In this document: piece after piece, positions 17,748-24,249 of the stretch
Layout of the letters: every line of letters begins with the position of its first letter
Numbering within the stretch: position 1 is the first letter of the stretch
IMG/VR virus record: IMGVR_UViG_3300006484_001348
Span: 1-24,249 of that record
Source: a virus
Taxonomy: Duplodnaviria > Caudoviricetes
Direction: 5' to 3' (one strand)
DNA: 24,249 nucleotides
The notes under the pieces: generated by a model
Told to the model about the DNA's origin: nothing
Seen by the model: only the letters and a program-made list of their open reading frames with translations
The model's database searches: none
Position numbers and translations under genes: made by a program

Positions 17748-18470
17748 ATGCCAAAAATTACAGAATTACCAATTATACCAGCTATTATCGATGCTACAAC
17801 TTTTGTGGTAGTTAATAACGGTCTAACACGCAGATTTCCCTATCAAGATTTATCTAGTCAAATATTGGCAAACGTACCAATAGCAACACAAGGTACTTTT
17901 GGTACGCAAGGACTCGAAGGCCCCCAGGGAGTCAGGGGGTTGCAAGGGTTATCTGGACAGGGTACTCAGGGGGTGTTAGGTGCTCAAGGTAGCTCCACAG
18001 GTACACAAGGAATACAAGGCGCAAACGCTGGGCAAGGCGTTCAAGGTGTTACTGGTACTGCTACTCAAGGCGTCACTGGTTCAGGTAGTTCATATGCTAG
18101 AAGTACAGCAGCGGGTGCAACTGCAAATATTGCAAATAATGCAACTGGTAATATTTCAATTACAGGATTTAAATCTTATTCATTATTTAAAGTGCAAACA
18201 AGTGCAGCAGCCTGGGTTCGACTATATCTAACTGATGCAGCAAGAACCAACGACAATACAAGAATACAAACCACAGACCCTACTCCGGGATCAGGTGTAA
18301 TAGCCGAGGTAATTACAACAGGAGCACAAACACAATTAATGACGCCCGCTATATTTGGATTCAACGATGATACAACACCGGGCAATACAATATATCTAGC
18401 AATAACTAACCTAAGCGGATCAACTGCTTCAATAACAGTTACATTAACACTATTACGACTGGAAACATAA
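17748..18470 (+). CDS. Short collagen-like fibre protein
   Basis: N-terminal MPKITELP, central G-X-Q triplets (QGTFGTQGLEGPQGVRGLQG...), Thr-rich beta-type C-terminal domain. Confidence 0.8.
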   Translation: MPKITELPIIPAIIDATTFVVVNNGLTRRFPYQDLSSQILANVPIATQGTFGTQGLEGPQGVRGLQGLSGQGTQGVLGAQGSSTGTQGIQGANAGQGVQGVTGTATQGVTGSGSSYARSTAAGATANIANNATGNISITGFKSYSLFKVQTSAAAWVRLYLTDAARTNDNTRIQTTDPTPGSGVIAEVITTGAQTQLMTPAIFGFNDDTTPGNTIYLAITNLSGSTASITVTLTLLRLET

Positions 18471-18471
18471 A

Positions 18472-19731
18472 ATGTCCGAGATAGATGAAATTATTGAATC
18501 TACCAATTTAAAAACATTTGATATTCTTGATATTAATCCACTATTTCGTATAGGAGATTATGTAGGACTTACACCACCGGAAATTGCAATTGCGTATAAC
18601 ATGCCTGCAAGTACTGGAGCAGGAGTTAAGGTTGGTATTATTGCACCGTTAGGGGGCGGTTTTTTGCAAAGTGATCTTGATAAAACATTTGATGATTTAA
18701 AATACAGTGGATTAATTGCCTCAGGTACTGCTGCACCTACAATCAACCAAGTACTACTAGACGGAACATCTGGTACATTTACCGGTGCTGGTGCAGATAT
18801 GGAAAATACACTTGATATCTATGCAATAGCCACATTAGTTCCTGCTGCTAATATTACTATATATTTTAGTGGTAGTTTTGTAACCGCAATTAATAGAGCA
18901 GTATCAGACGGCTGTCATGTTCTTAGTATAAGTTATACATATTCCATTGGTGAGCCTGGCTCGAGTACTATAGCAGCCGTAGAAACCGCATTGTCAACGG
19001 CATCCGCTGCTAAGGTTGCAATTTGTGTATCATCCGGAGATAGCGGATCAACATTCTCAGGATTATCAACTGTAAAAGTAGCATATCCATCATCTAGTCC
19101 AAATGTTATTTCTGTAGGTGGAACAAAACTTATATTAAATTCAAATAAAACAAGACAGACCGAAACTGATGATAATAGAGATCTTGATTTTTCAGCAACC
19201 TGGGGTGGAGGCGGCGGTATAAGTGGATATTTTTCATTACCTAGTTGGCAATCTGGATTATACTACACGCCTATTAATAGTAGTACTATTGGATCATCAA
19301 CAGCATTAACTATGAGAGGATTGCCCGATATTTCGGGTCCAATGAATGGGCATTTATGTTATTTTAATGGATCTATAGTATCAGTTGGTGGTACTAGTGC
19401 GTCAGCACCTGTAATGGCAGGTATGCTGACAAGAATACAAGCGTTAACAGGTAATCAACGTTCGTCTGCTGAATATAATACATTATTTTATAAACATAAA
19501 ACATCATTTTATGACATAATTGTTGGAAGTAATAACACTCTTATTACTAGTGGATACGTTGGTACTACAGATTGGGATCCTGTTACTGGACTAGGCCCCC
19601 CTGTAGGAAACTCAGTCCACCAATATTTAAAAAATGGATTACGACCAATTTCGGGCAAGATATTTCCTAATACTAAGTTTGATCGTAGGCCCACATCTGG
19701 ACAAATGTGGCCCCGTACTAAAACATTATGA
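18472..19731 (+). CDS. Peptidase S53 (sedolisin/kumamolisin-like serine-carboxyl protease), catalytic domain only
   Basis: E-x-x-L-D (ENTLD), SSGDSG oxyanion Asp, YPSSSPNVISVGGT, GGGGIS, RGLPDIS, GGTSASAP catalytic Ser, FYDI..GSN and WDPVTGLG Ca-site motif. Confidence 0.9.
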   Translation: MSEIDEIIESTNLKTFDILDINPLFRIGDYVGLTPPEIAIAYNMPASTGAGVKVGIIAPLGGGFLQSDLDKTFDDLKYSGLIASGTAAPTINQVLLDGTSGTFTGAGADMENTLDIYAIATLVPAANITIYFSGSFVTAINRAVSDGCHVLSISYTYSIGEPGSSTIAAVETALSTASAAKVAICVSSGDSGSTFSGLSTVKVAYPSSSPNVISVGGTKLILNSNKTRQTETDDNRDLDFSATWGGGGGISGYFSLPSWQSGLYYTPINSSTIGSSTALTMRGLPDISGPMNGHLCYFNGSIVSVGGTSASAPVMAGMLTRIQALTGNQRSSAEYNTLFYKHKTSFYDIIVGSNNTLITSGYVGTTDWDPVTGLGPPVGNSVHQYLKNGLRPISGKIFPNTKFDRRPTSGQMWPRTKTL

Positions 19732-20171
19732 GTCTAAAATTTAGTCAAGGTGTTTATCAGGTAAAAAATATTGAAAAATATATTGGCAGTAAACCCCCCT
19801 ATTGCAGAAGTAGTTGGGAAACTACATTTTGCATGTTTTGTGATAATAATCCTAGTATACAAGAATGGGCTAGCGAACCCGTGAAGATACCTTACAGAGA
19901 TCCACTGACAGGCAAAGCTACAGTATATGTTCCTGATTTTTTAATTTCTTACATTGATAAACATATGAAGAAACATGCAGAACTTATAGAAATAAAACCT
20001 GCCAATCAAATGCTTAAAGAACGTGTGGGTAAAAATCCTTACAATCAGGCACAATTTGTTAAGAATATGGCCAAGTGGGCTGCTGCTGGAAAATGGTGTC
20101 AACAGCAGGGAATTAAGTTTCGAGTTATCAACGAAATGGACATATTTTCCAACGGGAAAAAATCTAAATAA
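19728..20171 (+). CDS. Head completion nuclease (T4 gp4-like, TnsA-type PD-(D/E)xK)
   Basis: RSSWE, WASE, IPYRDP, YVPDF, IEIKP and NMAKWAAA motifs. Confidence 0.88.
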   Translation: MSLKFSQGVYQVKNIEKYIGSKPPYCRSSWETTFCMFCDNNPSIQEWASEPVKIPYRDPLTGKATVYVPDFLISYIDKHMKKHAELIEIKPANQMLKERVGKNPYNQAQFVKNMAKWAAAGKWCQQQGIKFRVINEMDIFSNGKKSK

Positions 20172-20179
20172 GTAAGAGT

Positions 20180-20662
20180 ATGACTAAAAAACTCGAAGAT
20201 CTCCTAGACTTGCCTACCACTGTAGATACTGTAATGATACCAACCGCAGTAGATGCCAAACCTATTCCTACCATTGATATTGAAGATAAATTAGAAGAAT
20301 TTGATAAAATATCAGCCGCCCTACCACGTGTAAAAGGCTTAGGCGATATCAGCGATGCCGAGTTTGATGAACTTGCTGCTAAAGCAGAACAAGCCTATGA
20401 TGACTTAATGGACTTAGGTATGAATGTAGAAGCAAGATATGGTAGTAGAATGTTTGAAGTTGCGGCATCTATGTTAACTGCTGCAATTACTGCTAAAAGT
20501 GCTAAAATTGACAAGAAATTGAAGATGATTGATCTACAGATTAAGAAATTAGCTGTGGATAAAAAGCACGGAAATGAGAATAATGAAACTGTAAACGGAG
20601 AAGGATATATCCTTACTGACAGAAATAGCATACTCGCTAAGTTAAAAGATTTGAAATCTTAA
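20180..20662 (+). CDS. Probable terminase small subunit (gp16-like)
   Basis: Helical core AYDDLMDLG...RMFEVAASML...KLKMIDLQIKKL resembles the T4-family TerS central helices; size and proximity to TerL. Similarity judged by eye only. Confidence 0.5.
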   Translation: MTKKLEDLLDLPTTVDTVMIPTAVDAKPIPTIDIEDKLEEFDKISAALPRVKGLGDISDAEFDELAAKAEQAYDDLMDLGMNVEARYGSRMFEVAASMLTAAITAKSAKIDKKLKMIDLQIKKLAVDKKHGNENNETVNGEGYILTDRNSILAKLKDLKS

Positions 20663-20673
20663 TAAATAATAAT

Positions 20674-21264
20674 ATGAAAACATTTACTCAATACCTATCA
20701 GAATCTACTAAAAAGTATGATTTCCGCGTGAAAGTAGCTGGTGAGTTCACTACTGAGCAAGAAGCATCAATGAAATCATTGTTGAACAAATATGCAGTTA
20801 GTGGATTTAAAAAGACCGGTACTACTCCTATCCAATCATTGCCTTTAGACTTTCCTCAGGTTAAAAACTGTGAAGTAAGTATATATGAAGTGGTATTAGA
20901 TTATCCTACCACTCAACAAGAACTTACTGAATACTTGACTTCAGAATTGAAAGTTAATAAACAAAATTTAGTAGTCCGTAGTCCATTCGAACACACCGAA
21001 GAATATCAACATATTGAAGAGCCACGCAAAGGTGCATTGTTAGATGATCCTAACTACGCAGAAGCTGGTACTCCTAAATTTGAAGATTACTACGGAGATA
21101 AGTACAATAGCGGTTTTGTTAAAGAATTAAACGATATTCTTAAACTTCAACGCAAAGCCCGTGGAGAAGAAATCCCCACAGAAGGTGCAGCTAAATTTAA
21201 TACTGACACCGATGAAAAGCAAACGAGCCTATTTAACTCTCAGGCCGAAGACCCAAGGAAATAA
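20674..21264 (+). CDS. Hypothetical protein, possible internal head/core protein
   Basis: Starts MKTFTQYLSE, similar to T4 internal-protein capsid-targeting sequences; TAAATA (20663-20668) 5 nt before ATG. Confidence 0.6.
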   Translation: MKTFTQYLSESTKKYDFRVKVAGEFTTEQEASMKSLLNKYAVSGFKKTGTTPIQSLPLDFPQVKNCEVSIYEVVLDYPTTQQELTEYLTSELKVNKQNLVVRSPFEHTEEYQHIEEPRKGALLDDPNYAEAGTPKFEDYYGDKYNSGFVKELNDILKLQRKARGEEIPTEGAAKFNTDTDEKQTSLFNSQAEDPRK

Positions 21265-21266
21265 TT

Positions 21267-21944
21267 ATGCAAATGATCGATGTAATGAAACGTTTAGCCG
21301 AACTTGATAGTACTAATCCTACTATCGTTAAGGAAGGACAAGTAGAAGAATTTAGTATTATGCCCAACATGGGTATGATGGGTAGCATGCCTGAGCGTCC
21401 TCCAATGCCAGCAAGTATTAATATGACAGCAGGTAGCGGTGAAGAACTCAGCGACATGCTAGCCACTATTATGCAATTAGCAGGTGTTAAAAAATACGGT
21501 CAAGAAGAACCGATGCCAATGGCAGCTGAACCAGCTGTGGCATTAACTGCTGAACCAGAAATGGATGCAGGAGATCCAACATCTGATATGCGTTCTATGA
21601 TTGACAAACTAAATCCTATGGGCGGCGATGATCAGGGCCCGGACCAGGGCGGCGATGATGTTAGCGTATCACACGGCGATTTTGATAATGATGGCGATCA
21701 TGATATGGATGACCATAACGCAGAAAAAGATGAAAAAGAAACAGACGAAGGCCAGTATGACAATAGTCCATCTGATCCACGTAAGCCTCCTCCATTTGGT
21801 GCTAACCAGTTTGCAAATCAAGAAAATCAATCAGGCGGCGGCAATACTAGCGACGGTAAGACACGACAAAGCAATCTGCCTACTGCTACAATGGAACAAC
21901 AATTAATGTCTGATTACAAAAAGTTTATCTCTGAAAACAATTAA
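21267..21944 (+). CDS. Acidic, Met/Pro-rich low-complexity protein (possible prohead core/scaffold component)
   Basis: 225-aa ORF with AAGGA SD; DFDNDGDHDMDDH motif; followed by a terminator. Confidence 0.65.
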   Translation: MQMIDVMKRLAELDSTNPTIVKEGQVEEFSIMPNMGMMGSMPERPPMPASINMTAGSGEELSDMLATIMQLAGVKKYGQEEPMPMAAEPAVALTAEPEMDAGDPTSDMRSMIDKLNPMGGDDQGPDQGGDDVSVSHGDFDNDGDHDMDDHNAEKDEKETDEGQYDNSPSDPRKPPPFGANQFANQENQSGGGNTSDGKTRQSNLPTATMEQQLMSDYKKFISENN

Positions 21945-21966
21945 TCAAAAAACTAGAACGTAGTTC

Positions 21967-21994
21967 AAATAGCCTCTTCGGAGGCTATTTTTTT
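21967..21994 (+). terminator. Intrinsic terminator with cUUCGg tetraloop
   Basis: AAATAGCCTC-TTCG-GAGGCTATTT-TTTT; UUCG-capped terminators are characteristic of T4-like phages. Confidence 0.92.
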
Positions 21995-21997
21995 CAT

Positions 21998-22003
21998 TAA
22001 ATA
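21998..22003 (+). promoter_or_regulatory. Late promoter core TAAATA, 5 nt before the TerL ATG
   Basis: TAAATA-AACAT-ATG(22009), 3 nt after the terminator U-tract; no room for an SD. Confidence 0.7.
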
Positions 22004-22008
22004 AACAT

Positions 22009-23592
22009 ATGGGATCAAAAAACTTAGACGGGCAACTGGTAAAAAAAGCTCACAGTACACAAAAGTTTACAGAACAAGATATTGAAGATCTATTACAATG
22101 TTCTGATCCTATTAATGGTCCACATTATTTCCTAGAACATTTTTTCCACATACAGCATCCTATTAAGGGTAAACTATTGTATGAGCCATATGAGTATCAA
22201 CGTAGACTAATTGATAGTTATCATAACAATCGTTTTAATGTAAATCTACTGCCTCGTCAAACTGGCAAAACAACCACAGCAGCAGGATATCTACTCTGGT
22301 TTGCTATGTTTGTTCCAGATAGTACCATTCTTGTAGCAGCACATAAACACACAGGTGCCCAGGAAATTATGGCACGTATTAGATATGCATATGAACTATG
22401 CCCTGATCATATTAGATGCGGTGCTACCAGTTATAACAAACAAAGTTTGGAGTTTGACAACGGTAGTCGTATTATTGCACAGACAACCACAGAAACAACA
22501 GGGCGTGGTATGTCATTATCACTACTATACGCAGATGAGTTTGCGTTTGTGCCACCTAACATTGCCAGTGAATTCTGGACTTCAATATCTCCTACACTAA
22601 GTACAGGTGGTAAAGCAATTATTACAAGTACACCTAACAGTGACGAAGATCAATTTGCACAGATATGGAAAGAAGCAAACTATCAATTTGATGAATTTGG
22701 TAATGAACAAGAATTAGGTCGTAATGGATTTGCACCATTTAGGGCATACTGGCATGAACACCCTGATCGCGATGAAGCATGGGCAGCAGAAGAACGCGGA
22801 CGTATTGGTGAGGAACGATTCCGACGTGAGCACAATTGTGAATTTTTGGTATTTGATGAAACATTGATCAACAGTATAAAATTAGCCACATTAGATGGAA
22901 TTAAACCTATAATGAACATGGGTGAAGCACGTTGGTATAAGAAGATCAATCCACAATCAACATATATTATCAGTCTTGATCCAAGTTTAGGTACAGGTGG
23001 AGATCCTGCTGCTATACAAGTTTTAGAAATACCTAGTTTTGAACAAGTAGCAGAATGGCAACATAATTTAACCATTGTACAAAGTCAGGTACGCATATTG
23101 CGTGATATTTGTAATTATATCAACGATGAGTGTGCTAGAAAAGGCGGAACATCTAGCATATATTACAGCGTAGAAAATAATAATATAGGAGAAGCTGCAT
23201 TGGTTTCTATCAATGAACTAGGTGAAGAAAGTATACCCGGACTATTCCTTAGTGAACCCATTAAAAAAGGGCATGTACGTAGATATCGTAAAGGATTTAA
23301 CACCACACATTCCGTTAAAATCAACGCTTGTGCCAAACTAAAATATCTAATTGAAAGCGACAGATTAAAGATAAATTCACGTGCTTTTATTAGTGAATTA
23401 AAAACATTTGTGGCAAAAGGATTAAGTTTTGAAGCCAAAGTGGGAGCACATGACGATCTTGTTAGCAGTATGTTATTGGCAATTCGTATGACATTGGTGC
23501 TGCAAGAATGGGATCCTGCAATCTACGATAGAATGCGTGAAGAGCGTGAAGAAGAATTTATCATGCCCATGCCCATCTATATTAGTTCCTAA
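22009..23592 (+). CDS. terL: Terminase large subunit (T4 gp17-like)
   Basis: YEYQ adenine-binding motif, Walker A PRQTGKTT, Walker B LLYADEFAF, coupling motif ITSTPN, nuclease acidic residues ISLDPS, VENN and HDDLV; uninterrupted. Confidence 0.97.
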   Translation: MGSKNLDGQLVKKAHSTQKFTEQDIEDLLQCSDPINGPHYFLEHFFHIQHPIKGKLLYEPYEYQRRLIDSYHNNRFNVNLLPRQTGKTTTAAGYLLWFAMFVPDSTILVAAHKHTGAQEIMARIRYAYELCPDHIRCGATSYNKQSLEFDNGSRIIAQTTTETTGRGMSLSLLYADEFAFVPPNIASEFWTSISPTLSTGGKAIITSTPNSDEDQFAQIWKEANYQFDEFGNEQELGRNGFAPFRAYWHEHPDRDEAWAAEERGRIGEERFRREHNCEFLVFDETLINSIKLATLDGIKPIMNMGEARWYKKINPQSTYIISLDPSLGTGGDPAAIQVLEIPSFEQVAEWQHNLTIVQSQVRILRDICNYINDECARKGGTSSIYYSVENNNIGEAALVSINELGEESIPGLFLSEPIKKGHVRRYRKGFNTTHSVKINACAKLKYLIESDRLKINSRAFISELKTFVAKGLSFEAKVGAHDDLVSSMLLAIRMTLVLQEWDPAIYDRMREEREEEFIMPMPIYISS

Positions 23593-23608
23593 TTAAATAA
23601 ATAACAGT

Positions 23609-24249
23609 ATGAAACCTATACAACTAATCTCCCAAGATCTTTTTGACAAAGTCCGCAGTCGTTTTACCAATTTAGAAATGGGCGATGAAACCGGTGCAGT
23701 TACCATTGACCCAGTAGAAGCACGTTTCTTTGATTTTGACTTTGTTAATGAAGGAGTTGATCTTGGCCGTGTTAGCATTAGTTTAAACGATCTTGGCAGT
23801 TTAAAGATTTACTACAGCCAGGGTATTACAGAAAATCAAGACGATGTTGCTACACAAATGTGGTACAATTTTCTTAAAGAAATGCGACTATTTGCCATGC
23901 GTAGATTGCTGAGATTTGACACAAGAGATATTGCGAAAACTAATTTAGACAAAAATGATTTTCAACATTTGGCCGCAACACAAGGCCCTAAGGAAGAACC
24001 AGATATGAATACTATGAACGAAACTAAAAAAATTAAAAAAGAAGACAATTCAGAGTCCGAAAAAGATTTCAAGGCTCGCCAAGAAAGATTGGCCGCAGCG
24101 GCCGCACAAACTGCAAAAGATCCAGAAAGATTAAAAAGAATGATGAAAATTCCTGGGTACGCTGCTGCAATGGATTTGGCCAAAAAAACAACTAAAAAAG
24201 AAGTGCAAGGTGTGGCGGAAGGCCTGCAAGAAGGCCGTAATAAAATAGC
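23609..24249 (+). CDS. Hypothetical protein, 3'-partial (absent from the ORF track)
   Basis: ATG 23609 preceded by TAAATA (23598-23603) plus 5 nt; open to the window end: MKPIQLISQDLFDKVRSRF...WYNFLKEMRLFAMRRLLRFDTRDI...QGVAEGLQEGRNKI. Confidence 0.85.
   Translation, partial: MKPIQLISQDLFDKVRSRFTNLEMGDETGAVTIDPVEARFFDFDFVNEGVDLGRVSISLNDLGSLKIYYSQGITENQDDVATQMWYNFLKEMRLFAMRRLLRFDTRDIAKTNLDKNDFQHLAATQGPKEEPDMNTMNETKKIKKEDNSESEKDFKARQERLAAAAAQTAKDPERLKRMMKIPGYAAAMDLAKKTTKKEVQGVAEGLQEGRNKI

Noticed and set aside
22009-23592. Intein or intron in TerL
   Set aside because: ATPase and nuclease motifs are contiguous at normal size; no intein splice-junction motifs seen.
23593-24183. Minus-strand ORFs 23593..23778 and 23962..24183, and other short antisense ORFs inside long genes
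   Set aside because: They lie opposite well-supported plus-strand genes (here the partial ORF from 23609) and show no recognisable motifs or start signals.
1-24249. Stop-codon reassignment (alternative genetic code)
   Set aside because: Core genes are full length in the standard code, and TAA, TGA and TAG all terminate genes at sensible boundaries.
1-24249. tRNA, rRNA or structured ncRNA genes
   Set aside because: Intergenic gaps are all under about 100 bp and contain only promoter or terminator motifs; no cloverleaf seen by eye.

Overview
AT-rich segment of a large T4-like (myovirus) bacteriophage genome, read in the standard genetic code, covering a virion morphogenesis region. It opens with the 3' part of a Gln-Gly-rich collagen-like fibre gene ending in a peptidase S74 intramolecular chaperone. 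A small ORF and a tightly coupled five-gene modification operon follow (GH130-like beta-propeller, TPR plus double FkbM methyltransferase, radical SAM/SPASM, GT2-like glycosyltransferase, 2OG-Fe(II) oxygenase). A minus-strand block holds a gp14-like neck gene, a GIY-YIG homing endonuclease, a gp15-like tail terminator and a NUDIX hydrolase. The remainder, on the + strand apart from a minus-strand degenerate HNH/Zn-finger gene, is gp13 neck, dNMP kinase, tail sheath, tail tube, a tube paralogue, a second collagen-like gene next to a prodomain-less S53 (sedolisin) protease, gp4-like head completion nuclease, a probable small terminase, two acidic putative head proteins, the large terminase and a partial last ORF. 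Main points of interest: (i) the endonuclease appears to have taken the start codon of the essential gp15 gene, whose conserved N-terminus now has no ATG but sits behind a GGAGG-hairpin-ATT/ATC arrangement; (ii) a candidate phage fibre-glycosylation/modification system; (iii) a collagen-like protein paired with a sedolisin; (iv) a repeated TAAATA-N5-ATG, probably leaderless, late-promoter architecture that contrasts with SD-led sheath and tube genes. All product calls come from motif recognition by eye, not from database searches.
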